Origin: Octopus vulgaris
Lineage: Eukaryota
NCBI GenBank assembly: GCA_951406725.2
Contig: OX597815.1
Span: 95,914,001-95,978,000 of the forward strand
DNA: 64,000 nucleotides
Direction: 5' to 3'
Below the pieces are notes generated by a model. It searched no databases. It worked only from the letters and a program-made list of their open reading frames with translations, and was not told the DNA's origin. Positions 13,421 to 27,458 of this stretch are shown piece by piece (position 1 is the stretch's first letter; every line of letters begins with the position of its first letter). The translations under genes and the position numbers were made by a program.

Positions 13421-13675
13421 TAATCAAGGAAATTCCAACTTGGTCTGATTTCCATGTTTTATTATTTGCAATTGTTTAAAATTTTACATTTTACAACATT
13501 AAAGTAAAGAAGTGAACAGTTGTCAATTGTGGAACACGACTGTCACTAAATAAACCTTATGAGTCCGTAACACAGAAAGGTACTAGTTTATTTCAATAAT
13601 GTAAATTTGTAAAATTTTTAAAATTGCAAATAATAAAACGTGACAATCCGACTAAGTTGGAATGTCTTTGATTAA
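13420..13675. mobile_element. Diverged inverted-repeat element with a decayed HHR in the spacer
   Basis: Arms about 13420-13500 and 13596-13675; spacer holds AAATAAAC-CTTATGA...GAAAG-GTA-CTA-GTTTATTT (8-bp stem I). Confidence 0.55.
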
Positions 13676-14910
13676 TATATTGTTCTATTCACACTTATGC
13701 AAGTTCAGATGTTGACTGAAACTATTGAGAGAACAAAAGAATATAATATATAATTTGTTCACCCTCTTAACTCACGGATTGAAATGGAAAATTAAAACAT
13801 TAGATTCTTCCTATTAAAACCCTGTGAAAATTTTCATCAATCGGAATTTAAAAGGTTCTTACAATCTCAGCGCATGATTCGATGAAAATATGTGAAAACC
13901 ATTTCCATTCTTATACTAGCGGAACTTTTGTATCCGACTGAGGATAAATCTATATTTAATTTTTTGTTGGATCAATACAATAGACACACCAAAATATATA
14001 ACAGTCTGATAATCTTGAATATTACTTTGATAGTTTAAAAAACGGTAGATGTTATAATAGATTACCTTGCTCTATTGTGTTAGACTCTGTAAAATCTCCG
14101 TGGAATTTCCCTTTAAGTCAAGCTTACATTTTATGTGGTTCTTTTGTATGAGTGATAACGCGCAGTAAGGAAGTATACGTTAATTTTAATTGCTGTTTGG
14201 TTACAGGTCTACTATAACTGAAATTTTACTTCGTTATCTGGTGAGTGCATTTTCCGCTGAGTAGGGCACAATATATGCTTTATCTGAAATATAGCAATTT
14301 GTAAAATGACCTTTACCATTTCAGTCGTCCATAGTTTAAGCTGTACATCCATATAGCATTATTTGATATTTTTTTTATATAATGTCAAGTTACTTAAAGT
14401 GATAAATATATACAAAATACAAAGATACTTAACCTTCTGCTTGGAATTTATAGTAAATGGGTGATTCATACTTATGAATATATGTTTTAATTGCATTGCC
14501 TAAGAATCCATTGAATCCATTGCGCGAAATTAATTGTTTTATTATATTATAAATGAAGATGCCGATATGAGTCATTATAAACGATCTGTGAAATAAATGA
14601 TGACTTTCTATTAATTGAAATATAAATGGATTAACGTTCTTATAAGCTTCGTATGTAACATGAATATGCATCAAAGACGATGCCTCATACTCTAAGCTCT
14701 GACGATGTTTTGCGATATCACTATCAAATTAAACATATATTTTAGATTTCTAATAACACTCACATACACGTGTGTGCGTGTATTTGTATGTATGCGTATG
14801 TGTGTGTGTATGTGTGCATGCATGTACAGCTAATCTCACAGACACATAAGTACATAAGAAATACAAATATATTCGTATTCACTTGCACATCTACACATAT
14901 ACATACATGC

Positions 14911-14923
14911 ATCTATCTATCTA

Positions 14924-14966
<43 letters not shown>

Positions 14967-14974
14967 ATACTATA

Positions 14975-15041
<67 letters not shown>
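14911..15041. repeat. Compound microsatellite (TCTA)n-(TA)n
   Basis: Read directly from the sequence. Confidence 0.95.
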
Positions 15042-15044
<3 letters not shown>

Positions 15045-15699
15045 ATGTGCACCTGCATATACACTCCCGCGTAGGCTGGCATATTCATATAATCTTATAT
15101 ATCTTGTATACACATGCACAAATACACACACACATACACATTTGTGCGCGTATGCGCTCATATTTATAACCATAGATATATTGTCACGACACCCGTTCCT
15201 ACTGCCGCTCCAACAACGCAATTGATATCCTCTCCACCACACGGTCGATTTCCAAATAAATGCTGTCTGTCACTGAAATATCAACATCAAACTGCGATAC
15301 CGCCTGAGCTTTCTTGCCCAATTGCAGCCCATCTAGTGGTAATAACATATATGATTTTCTCCAAGTAATATCGCATTCAAAGCTCCAATAGCTGAGGATA
15401 GGCATCACGCTTTGAAAATTTAAGTTCGAAGGAATGTAATTGAAACTACTTTGATCCATACACGTAAATCTCAATAAATGTGTTGAGTATTATTCTGTTG
15501 GTTGTTCACTCACTCGTACACACACACGCACACACACATACACACACATACACACACATTCGTGTATATGTGCGTGTGCGCGCGTGCAATTAAGCGTGTG
15601 TATTTTCATATATCTCTTTTATCCTTTTCACTGAGACATGTGTTTCGAATATATTGATGGTTATATAGAATATATAACTGCTTGTTTCTCGACCGAATA

Positions 15700-16560
15700 G
15701 TTCCTGTGTAGGGGTACCACCTTTGCGTACTATAGAGGGCTGATTGAAGGCAAGTGTGATGACGCCCTGGAGGAGACTCTGGGTTTCGATGAAGTCAGCT
15801 TGCCAACCGGCATCGAAGAACTTTCGGCCCGTGAACTATGGGCAGCATCCAGATGTCGCTGGCTTGGGATAAACTCGCGAGGCACAATGTCATGTTTGTG
15901 CCTACGTGCCCACGTTGCAGGCATAGAAATGAAACTGTTTTATATGCGATCGTACAGTGTCCGAGTCTCTCGGACCTGTGGGTTTCTAACGAACGGGTAC
16001 TGTCACAGCTGGGGAGAATACAGCTGCCAGCCGAGTCGATTATTAAGATTGTTCTGCCGTCTCCTCTAAACGGAGAAGAGAAATACTGCTTTCTAGCCGT
16101 AATAGCTATAGCAAAAAATGTGATATGGAAGCCGCGTGGAAGAGGTAACGCATCAGACACCTTCGTCTCCGGGCATACATTTTTTAACCTGTTTTAATTT
16201 TACCTAGGAGGGAAAGCACGTCTGCAGAAGAAATTCCTGACGACAAAAAAGGATGGAGGAAAGTAAGCCGGATGTTGGGTATATAAGTGCCTAATTAAGC
16301 GGAGTAAAAAAATAAAAGGACGAAGTAAATGGTTGAATGCAGGAATGTGGTTGGTGGGTTCAAGGCCGTTCCGCGTCCATTCATTCTTTCATCTTCATCG
16401 GAAATTATATTGTATTTATTGATATATGTCCCCGACCCATCTTCGTCCCGTATATTGTTCCCTCTTTGTTTAACCCTTTTGGTTTGAATAAAATCATCGT
16501 GCCAGTTCCACAGCTCATGTGTTGATAGTTCAAAGTTAGAGTACAACATTTACAGTTCGA
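15700..16560 (+). mobile_element. L1/Tx1-clade LINE, 5'-truncated: ORF2 C-terminal zinc-binding (zf-RVT) region plus 3' UTR
   Basis: ORF 15838..16197 has DKLARH...TCPRCRHRNETVLYAIVQCPSLSDLW...IAKNVIWKPR, typical of Tx1/L1 ORF2 C-termini; pyrimidine-rich 3' UTR with AATAAA at about 16487. Boundaries approximate. Confidence 0.75.
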
Positions 16561-19088
16561 GTTAACTTGTTAGATTGTTGGTTCTGAAAAGATTGCAGTT
16601 ACGTTACATATGGTTACTGCCGTTTATTTCAATTATATTGTTATTATACTGTTAACAGTGTATTCGTTTGTCCATAAGGATATAACAATATACTGAGGTG
16701 CATACACTCACATAATAACCATTACATAACTATAAAGAGAATTAAACGTGTCCATATCTCTTCAAAGTGCCTGTACACAAGCAACAAAATTATTTATATA
16801 ACAATAATATTACTCTGGGAAAATTAAAATTTCATAATACGTCAACAGAAAAATACGATTGAATCACGTAGGAGACAGAAGTATCAAGAGAGTTGGTAAT
16901 AAGAATCGGTTGAAAGAAGAGAAAAAGTGAACAAGAATGGAAGAGGTTAAGAATTATCGTAGGCGTTGTGAGTGGGCATTATGGTAATGATTAATGGAGT
17001 ATGGGAGAAGAAAATAGAAACAATATTAATGCGAACATTTAGAGACTTAGTTGTCAGCGTTGAAATGATGAGGCAGTAATATCGAGCGATAGGTATCTGC
17101 TTCGGGGGTATGCTATGGCTATGAATGTATGTTTTAAAATTTTTTCCTCATTTCATAACATTTATATGGTAAATGTTGGAATATGATTGATATATAGGAG
17201 AAAGAAAACGGAAATTGGAGATTATGGATGAAGGAAAACAATGAAATAGATGAAAAATGAAAAGCATATGGAAAATGGAATGATGAATGAAAATATATTG
17301 CTATGGAAGCTTATTAATGTTTAATAATATTAAAAAAACAAGCCAGCTCAGAATTTCACCAAGATTCATTTACACACAAGCATGCGTATATGTATGCCTT
17401 CAAGCATCTCTACATGTCTATAAAAAATGCCGTATAGGAATGCAGATATGCTTAAGCGCGCGCGAGAGAGAATAGACAGATGGAGAGTGAGGGAGAGAAT
17501 GAAAGAAAGATAGAAAAAGCGACAAATAGAGAGAGAGAGAGAGAGAAAGATATATATATAGAGAAAAATAGAGATAGAAAGAGTTAGCGACAGAGAGAAA
17601 GAAAAGTAAAGTGAAAGAGACAGATCGATAGTCACTCAGCTCAATTTTGTCTTCGCACACCGTTTCCATAATTAGTGATTTCAGTAAAAGCAAATAAAAG
17701 AATTATTATCTATATTCTAAACATGATTCTCTTGCCTTATACAATCTATGGGTATAGTTGACTATTTAACGAATTGGAATCCTTTTTCTCAGAATAGGCA
17801 GGAGACTTGAGTAATTGTGTGGTTAGAAATGAATCTTTCTTCCTTTGGAGAGTGCAAAACATCGTCTGAGTCTAAAAACGTTTTGTACATTCATGAAATT
17901 AAATTCAAAACAGTAAGCTAGCAAAACTGTACAATTGTTCTTAAGATAGTTGATAGTTGGAAATACTCCCATTATTTCAGTGCCGGCAATACAATACTAA
18001 TCAAATACACATTGATTTGTTCACTTCACAATTAAATGTAAATCACTAATTAAAACAACATGTGATTAATTATATATGTGTTGAGAGTATAATTCATCAT
18101 AGAATTCTCATATCAGAGGACATTTTGAATTGTAAATGATTTGTACTGTATACGTGCTCCACATTTCTACTTTTAGCGTGTTGAGTTGTTGTATTTAACA
18201 ATATGGTTGTGTTAAAAGCACGGAGGATTTCTCCATAATAAATCCAAAATCAATAGGTCTCCACATACATAATAAAGTGAATCGAAAGTTTTTAAGCATC
18301 TGAGTTTAAGGAATTAGTGCAAAATTATACATTGTTACAATCGTTAAACGAAAAGTAAATTGGAAACAACTAACGAAATGTAACTCAAACATCATTTAAA
18401 AAAATATGGATCATGTATTCTTCTCGTGTGCATGGTACTTCAAGTGACATCAAGCTTAGTCTTATTCTTGTATACCGAGTGACATGTTTTCATTCGTCGA
18501 AATGAAAAGAATAATAACCTGAGAGCCGAAATGCCCAAACATTTTGTTCGAGTATTCTTTCTAAGAGTATTGTGGCCGCACCCATGTGCATTCAACCAAA
18601 CTGACATTGGTAATATCAGTGAAGTTCATATGGAAAACGGTGAATTATATAAATGAGTATACAACCAAATAAAGAATTTTGCAGTATTTTCTACAATAGT
18701 GAATCAATAAGGAAGTAAATTGATTACTGAATTTTAATGGAAAAGAGCATCATTTATTTATATTAATATCATTCAGATGGAATAGATAAAATATTAATAA
18801 CCTAAATAATTTTAGTCTCAAGTAGATGAGTATCAAGACTTAAATCTAACTTTGAAAGTTATAGCATTTATGCAGTTATTAAAAGCTGAATGCTATGTGC
18901 AAGTAATGTCATAATTTCAAAATATAGAATGACTTTATAAATAGAGATACATAATGATATCGTTTAGATAATATATAAATACACACATTCACAGATCTAC
19001 AAATATATATATACATATACATACACACATATATATATATGTGTGTGTGTAAATATATACATATATATATATGTGTGTATATATATAT

Positions 19089-19141
<53 letters not shown>

Positions 19142-19385
19142 CATAAATGCGTGTGTGTGTGTGTGCATAAATTGAGGATATAATCATTAAAATGATTATA
19201 TCAGTGGCCAACGTATAAAAAACACCATATCAGTAAAATTAATATATAAGTATATCTTATAAATATATAATAATAATTAAGGGCGCTGCAGGGACACTCG
19301 ACATCTGCTCCTAGCATATTGGCGTTGAACTTCCAGTGGCCTTAATTGTGATTATATATTCATAATTATATATACTTAAATGCGT

Positions 19386-19412
<27 letters not shown>

Positions 19413-19416
<4 letters not shown>

Positions 19417-20762
19417 CCTCGACTGTCTCCTTGCTCCTATTGGCTTCCTTCCCCTCCTAAATCCACGACACTAACCCTGCTCTCTGTCTCTTTAATTCTT
19501 TCTCCTTCTCTCCTGGCCCCTCTAAACTACTCTTCACTCTTGGTATCAAGAGTCTATGTTTCGTGATCCCCCACAACAAAGGACTCCTTGCACTCAAACA
19601 CTTCCTAGAGCTTCGACCCAACTCCTGACCTGACACCTCCACACCTCTTCGTCAGGCCGAATTTGTTGTACCCCACTATTGCTTCAAGTTCACCGGGAAT
19701 TTTTACCAACAAGTCTCGGGAGTGGCCATGGGCCCGAGAATGGCTCCCAACTATGCGAAACTCTACTTTAGCTATGTTGAGGCCTAAATATGCGAACGAC
19801 TGGCCCCACTCCCGAACTATACGGTAGTTATACTGACGACTCTATCGGTGCACCCTCACACTCCCGCGAACAACAAGACTCCGTCCTCTCTTTTGTCTAC
19901 TCCTTTCACACTGCCCTCGAATTCTCTTGCACTCTATCCTACACTTCCGTCGCATTTCTCGACATTTCTGCCAAAATACACCACTCCGCTCTCACTACCT
20001 CCATTCACTACAAACACACCGACACACACCCTTACCTTAACTTCTCCTCCAACCTTACCAACACCAGGCTCTCCAACCCCTACTCCCAATTCCTCAGTCT
20101 GCGCAGGCTCTGCAGCGACAACCATAACTTTGTGATTTGGTCTCATCTCATTGCTCGCCACTTCAACCTTCGTGGATATCCCATTACCACTAACCACACA
20201 GCCCTTGCCAGAGCACGATCCGTGGAGCGTGCTCTGCTTTCTCTCGCCGTACCGGCCGTTGTCCCTTTCCCGTTTCACGTCACCTACCAACCTTCATCCC
20301 CACCCCTCCAATGCACCATTCTCCGAACCTTCCGGCGACTCCAGTCCGACCCCTCTACCTCGTACTTATTTTGCAACCTACCCCTTAATTCCTTCAAGTG
20401 AGCCCATAACCTGCGTGACCTGTAGGCCCACAGTTTCTTCCCTAAGCCCACCTCACAGTCTGGCTCGTTACGCTGATCACGCTCACGCTTACGCACTTGC
20501 CCCTACCACTCCAACATGATTCTTAAAGACACCCATCATCGTCCCTTTCATATCACCGACATCTTTACCTGCACTTCTAGCAACGTCATTCACTGCATCC
20601 CCCGCTCTATCTGCCCTTCTTTGTACATCGGTCCAAATGAGACGCCGCGTAGCTAACCGATTCCCGGAGCACCTCCAAGGCATTAGACTCAGTAATGACA
20701 TTCCCGTCACGCACCATATCTGCTTCACTGGTCATTCACTACAGAACCTGTCTCTGTTCGGA
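19413..20762 (+). mobile_element. Penelope-like retroelement (probably Neptune group), RT plus GIY-YIG pseudogene, inserted in (TA)n
   Basis: Translation across stops and frameshifts: IPHNKGLLAL, FYQQVSGVAMGPRMAPNYA, SYTDDSIG, VAFLDIS, IHYKHTDTHPYLNFSS, PYSQFLSLRRLCSD, RGYP, NLRDL, FTCTSSNVIHCI...LYIG...RRVANRFPEHL. (TA)n on both sides. Confidence 0.9.
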
Positions 20763-20791
20763 TTGTATATATTTATATATATGTATATATG

Positions 20792-20847
<56 letters not shown>

Positions 20848-23181
20848 TATAGAAAGAGAGAGAGAGAGATCAATAGGTAGGTAGACAGATAGATAGATAC
20901 ATACATACATACATACAAACACACGCATATGTATACACCAAATAAAACATACTTACAGTTTGTATACATACACATATGGTCCCTTACCGGCTATGTAGTT
21001 AATAGACTGTAAGTTCTTTCAAAGACAGTCAAAAAGCAAAACAGCTTCCTGTCCTGTCCCTCGGTCCAAGCAATTCTTTTTAATGCAGTTGGTATCACTG
21101 GAATATCGATGTCACTTCAAAAAGCACCATGATACCCGTCTAGATGAATAGCACTCAGATTCCAATAGCCATATCAGTCTTCTTGCAATCTTTCCATGAC
21201 TGAATCCGACCTGCCAGGTTTCTCTAATAAGCAATACTGAATTTTAACTTCAATGAGGCTAAATCAAACTGTTTTATATAATAATAGATATAACTCCTAC
21301 TAATTGTGTTGAGAGCCTTTTTCTCTCGTTTGTCTGCTCTAACCATACATATACATACACACACACACATGCACACAGATACGCACACACATGCGCACGC
21401 ACATATAAACGCATATACAGATGTAAAGAAGAGAGATAGTATGTGGCAGATTGAGATAATGAAGAAGAGGATGCAGGGAGAGTGACTAATGACTGTGGTG
21501 GAGATATGATCAATTCTCAAGTTATTAAATTCTTCGCATTAATAATAAGGAGTACGTTTGAAGTAAATGTCATTATGATAAGAGTCATAATGATAGAATG
21601 GGAGTAGAAGGAATTTATTGTTTGAGACAAGGTCAGCGTTTTTCTGGCTGACATTTATAAAAGGTATTCCATCAGTGAACATGCAATATTGCTTCCTGTG
21701 TGAAGGGTGTCTATGAAAAGTATTTTCGAAGAGTCCTTTCCAATACATTTGGAGTGTTAGAAATTAAATTTAGCTGATAATGTTTAGCAAAGTAAGAGTG
21801 AATATGTGCTTGAAAAGGTGTAATTATACAGCGATGTGTTACACAGTTAAAAATTTATGTATCAATATTTGATACACAAGAATGTGTGTTTATGCACGTT
21901 TTCAATAGTCTTTCAGATGAGGGTGTGATTTGAATTCTAGAAACATACGTGAATGTATATGCATAAAATTGCGCAGTCTTTAAGACAGAATGGCAAAGAA
22001 CTTCCACTACTGGTTTAATGAACACCTTACATCGGTTATATAAGAATGTTGAAATGAAATTTGATGTGAACTGAAACTTTTACGACAGACAGAATTATGT
22101 GTATCCGTTTGTAATCATGATAAATAGTTCCATATTTCCCCGCTCGTGTCGTATCTTTCCGAGTTGTATCCTTTTTGAACGTTTCTTTCCAACGCTTAGA
22201 CAAATATTTATTGAACATTTTTGAGCTGACACTTAATTAGTCAACAGATTTAAAGAGGTTCGTATGCATTGGGTTTCTCATGCGCATTTAGTAAATTTAT
22301 TCTATTGCTATAATCATTTTTGTCTTTCAAGTCCCTCTAAGATCGTATTTTCGGTATTACTATATAAATTACGTAGATAAAGATTTTGCCCTCTCATGCT
22401 AAATACAGTACTGAGTTTACTCTCTGTCCAAACAAAAAACAATATTTCGCCAGATCCGTTTTTATGTACCCGTGGTAAATATATGTTTGAAATATTTTGA
22501 TATTGAATTTAGCATCAACATATACGTATAATGTTTATGCTCATTATTTATATTGGTTTAACTGAATGTGTTCTCCACATCAATCAGATTCAAATCTTTA
22601 CAAGTCAAAGAGTTATTCATATATTTTTGCATGTACAGTTAATCTCAGCAATTTTATTTGCATTGCTAGTGATTAAATATTTCATGGTGGTCATAAAAAT
22701 GAAGTCCAGTTTTAAGTATTTGTAGTTGATTTATTTTTTGCAAGGTGACTGAGGTTAAAAAGTTTATTTCACCTGTAGAATAATTGCTTTTTTCTATAAT
22801 ACATAATAATTAAATGTGAAGGACAAGTCATGATACGGAGTATTTTCTTGGCAATATGTAGCAAGCGTTTGTGGTTATAAATACTTTTGTCTCTATAATT
22901 AAAGGATCAGCTCGTTATTGGCCTATGTCAGTGGTATGTGTTTCGAATATAAGCATGTAATATATTCTTGTGCTGCCTAAGGATTCCATAATGATATAGA
23001 AGTAAGACTTAGGATCTGATTTATATCGAATGTTGGCAGAAAAATACCTAAGAATGTAAAAGTTTCCTAATATCAACATCATTGCTATCCATACTACCTT
23101 AGTAAATGTTTGAGTGGCAAAGTGAATAAAAACAGGAAGTAGCGTGTTAAGTAGGTTTGCCATGAGATTAATCGTTATAAT

Positions 23182-23569
23182 GGTGGAGGCGCAATGGCCC
23201 AGTGGTTAGGGCAGCGGACTCGCGGTCATAGGATTGCGGTTTCGATTCCCAGACCGGGCGTTGTGAGTGTTTATTGAGCAAAAACACCTAAAGCTCCACG
23301 AGGCTCCGGCAGGGGATGGCGGTGGTCCCTGCTGTACTCTTTCACCACAACTTTCTCTCACTCTTACTTCCTGTTTCTGTTGTACCTGTATTTCAAAGGG
23401 CCGGCCTTGTCACTCTCTGTGTCACGCTGAATATCCCCGAGAACTACGTTAAGGGTACGCGTGTCTGTGGAGTGCTCGGCCACTTACACGTTAATTTCAC
23501 GAGCAGGCTGTTCCGTTGATTCGGATCAACCGGAACCCTCGTCGTCGTAACCGACGGAGTGCTTCCATA
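23182..23569 (+). mobile_element. Full-length tRNA-derived SINE (tRNA-Arg-like head) with a 12-bp TSD
   Basis: A box TGGCCCAGTGG, B box GTTTCGATTCC, CTCGCGG at the anticodon-loop position; perfect TSD AATCGTTATAAT at 23170-23181 and 23570-23581. Confidence 0.9.
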
Positions 23570-26056
23570 AATCGTTATAATATTTTGTAGTATGTACGGT
23601 AGCGAGCTGATAGAATAATTATCACGCCTGCTAAAAATGCTCAACAGCTTTCCGCGAATCCTTGCGTTTTGAATTCAAATTCTGGTGCCTATTGAACAAA
23701 TAGCAATTGACCATGCATTGGGCTCGGTGCAATCTACTTATGCCATTCGAAATCAATATATTTGAAGTAGTTAATTTTGGTACTGCCATTAATTATTTCA
23801 TGGGAGGTAGTTACCATCTTAATGTTGTTTATGACCTGTATTTATATTTTCAAAAAATCCTTATCGTGAAAAAAAAACGTTATTCTTTATTGGCATGGTT
23901 GATAACTCTTCCTTTTATATTAAGAGTGACATCGGCATTATGCTAGATATTTCAACATTTAGATTGCAGAAAATGGTTATATTTTTTATTCTTCTTGAAT
24001 TGATGCGAATTTCATCCGCGAAACTGCTACTCATTTCATGTCTCAACACATTAAAACATGTTGGTTAAACATTAATTAAATATTAAATCTCATGCTAATT
24101 CAATCAATTTTGCTGAAGCTTTTTTTGTTTATCTCTCGTGAAGAGTTCAACACATTTCAAGGAAAGCCAGATAAAGTTCATAAACATTACGCCTGTAAGG
24201 TAGAAAGTATGTGAATTCAGAAAACAAAAGCGTACTTAATTAACAATTATACCTTTAGGATCATTGAAATATGGAATTTAATAATTTTGTACAATCCTGT
24301 CAGGACTTTGAAAGGAGGCTGTGGACTTATTTTTAATGGATGTCGTTCAAAAGATTTCAACCATAGACATTAGGTAAGAAAAAATACAGTTGAAAGATCC
24401 TAATATTTGGAAGCCCCAATATTTCTGTGTTCCGTTGACACAGCAAACCTTAAAACTTGGTGAAACATTTACTGAAGATTAAGAAAATTACACTATCAGT
24501 GTTTGGATTGACGAATACAAGTTTTTGTCTGATACGTACTGAAACTTTCGCACGATTTTTCCTTTAGAATTTTACATTAAATATTACAATGTGAATTTCA
24601 TCTTTCGTGTATACAATGACACATGCAGAAGTCCGGAGTATTATTTTCCAGCGCTTGCTAGTATACAAACAGTATATAACATGCTGTAGTTTTCATTAAT
24701 GTGTTCGATACGCTTTCTTGTAAATCGTAAGAATGCTGCCATATTTCCATTCTGGAGATATCGAGTTCCAAAAGGATAATACAGTGATTAATCTGTAGAT
24801 GTTTTAAGATTTCATAATTTTTCTTGTATTGTCTGGAAATCTGACATTCGTTCGCGAATAGACTGACACTATAAATTCTGAATCAAATTTTGTTTGATAC
24901 AGCAATGTTCGTTATTACGCTCACTGGGAAGTTGCTAAAAATTATCAATTGATCTCTTCAATAGTCTCAAACAACTTCCTTTTCGTCAGCTGATTTTTGG
25001 GTGATTATATTCTTATTCTGGTATCCCAGATGCTATCTCGTACTTCTTGTCGCTATCACTCTTTGCTCGGTCTGATTATTATTATTATTGTTTTTTTTAT
25101 CATTATTGATTATTATTATTGTTCAGTAAAATGCGTTTCATTTCATCTCCTTTAGATTCACATTAAGCATTGTTAGTAGTATCGTGCTTACTATTTGACA
25201 TTTTACAAATATTTCGTTGTAGGTGCAATAGATTTGGTCAACAACCAACTTTATCTCCTTAAACTTCAAGTTGCCTCTTTTGTCTACTAGAATGGCAGCG
25301 GTGTCTTTATTGGTCAGTTTAATAATTCCCAGTACATTGGACTTCTGACATTTGCTAATTAGCACTTCTATAATCTAATAGATTATAACGAATTATTGCT
25401 CCTTCGCCCCCCCCCCCCCCCCCCAATACGTATACGAGAGTGTAATTCAATGCAGTCCAAACAAGAATATTGACAAAATCAATAATTATCCATTATTTAG
25501 AGCGAGCATGCTTACAAGTTATCTGTATTGCCACTTGTGTTTGTTCATATTTTGCGTCATTGCAGAGTGAAATATTTATACGCAATTGTCGATCACTATT
25601 ACTTTTACAAGAAGGACATTTGTTAGGCGCTACGAATGTACGCGTTATCTTGTAAATTCCCGTTCCATTATTGAACATTCACATTTGTAGGAGGTTATTA
25701 GTGCAAGCGAGGTAGTATAAGGCATTTGTCGACAGTGTTTGTAAGATTAATTATCGTCATTGTGTTATGCCTTATCAAGCTAATACTTCGTACTCCGATT
25801 CAGGTTTGTCATTCCAAATGGATGCCTTTCAATAGGGGTGCAGCATCTATTAGGCAGAAAACACGTTAAGATCTTCGTATCCCAGCTATATCAATGTATA
25901 TATACATCCCAAATAACCATTTACCGGCCGACTAATTAGAAGCGGACATCAATAGAGCCGGCGTGTATGTTAATGGCTTCTTATTAATTTACTCACCCTC
26001 ATCTCAGTTGTAACGAGTATGTAACTGGAACTACATTCCCCTCTTACTCATACTTT

Positions 26057-26123
<67 letters not shown>

Positions 26124-26176
26124 ATTAATATATGTATGTATGTATATATGCATGCATACATTGATACGGGCATGTA

Positions 26177-27458
26177 TCAGGTCTTCCCATAAGTTCTGTC
26201 CGATTTTACCTTTTTTTTAAATTGAAAGAACTTTAATAGTATTTTAGAATGTCTAATAAAATTTAGAATTATTTTTATGGATTTGTGTACATTTAAACTA
26301 ATTCAAAAACTATTTTACAGAATAGAATTAAAATTTCTTTGATTTACATCCTTTCTAACTTGGAAGTATCCTAAGAGTATCTAAGGCACATACTGCTTTA
26401 TTAGTGCAAAAACGGAAACTCTGCAACCGAAGCGACTTGAAACATATACTCAGTTTATGGGAAAGAATACTTGAATGAAAGAACTTGCAGAAGATGGTTT
26501 GCAAAATTCAGAAATGGAGATTTCACCCTTGGAGATGAAGATTGAACAGGACATCAAGTTGAGTTTGATGATAAGCTCCGTGAGGCATTACTTGAAAACA
26601 ATCCTGCATTATCAGTTGCAAAATTGACAATAAAGCTTAGTTCAAATCATTAACTGTTCATCGCCATCTTCAATAACTTGGAAATTTCCATAAATTTGTA
26701 AAATGGGTGCGTCATGAATTGTCCGAAAGCAACCACAAATCCTGAGTTGATATCTGCTCTTCTCTCCATTCTCGCTAGCTCATTTCACCCTTTTTGAATA
26801 GACTTGTGACTGGTGACGGAAAATGAATGTTCTATCGAAATGTTAAACATTGCAAACAGTGGCTTGGTAAAAGGGAAAAAGCTCAACCACAACTGAGTAC
26901 GGGACTTCATAGAAAAAAAATTTCTTCTCTTTACCTGGTGAGATTGCAAAACGTAATTCACTTTGAATTGTTTCTACCTAATGCAACAATCAATATTCAA
27001 GTCTAATGTGAGCAATTAGGGCGTTTGAACCAAACTTTTAGGAAAATCAACCGCTTTAATGAATCGAAAAGGAGTGATGTTTCATCAGGACAATGCGCGA
27101 CACCACACTGCAAAGATCACATCACAGAAGAGCAAAGAGCTTGGTTGGGAAAAAATTCTTCATCCACCTTATTCTTCCGTCTTTGCTCCTTCAGAATACC
27201 ATTTGTTTCATAGTTTACAGAATCATTTGGGAGACATAATTTTTGCAAGCCAGGAGGTCAAAACTGACATTTCAGAGTTCTTTGCTTTGAAACCAAAACA
27301 GATTTACATTGATGGGATTAAAAAGCTTGCAAATAGATGGATGGAAGTCATAGATAATCAGGGAAAGTACATTGATGATTAAATTTCAATTAAATATAAA
27401 AATTTGATCCCTTGTTTCCTTTATTCAAAATTCGGACAGAACTTATGGGATGACCTGA
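26177..27458 (+). mobile_element. Full-length mariner (DD34D) transposon, inactive
   Basis: TIRs TCAGGTCTTCCCATAAGTTCTGTCCGA / TCGGACAGAACTTATGGGATGACCTGA, TA on both sides, 1282 bp; motifs WVRHEL, LVTGDGK*, FHQDNARHH, HPPYSSVFAPSEYHLF; several stops and frameshifts. Confidence 0.95.

Noticed and set aside
20988-21223. Minus-strand exon-like segment with in-frame TGAs (selenoprotein idea)
   Set aside because: That frame also ends in TAG before the donor, no motif or SECIS was seen, and the other frames are closed.
23182-23262. Possible tRNA-Arg gene
   Set aside because: It continues into a 300-nt body bounded by a TSD, so it is a SINE head rather than a tRNA gene.
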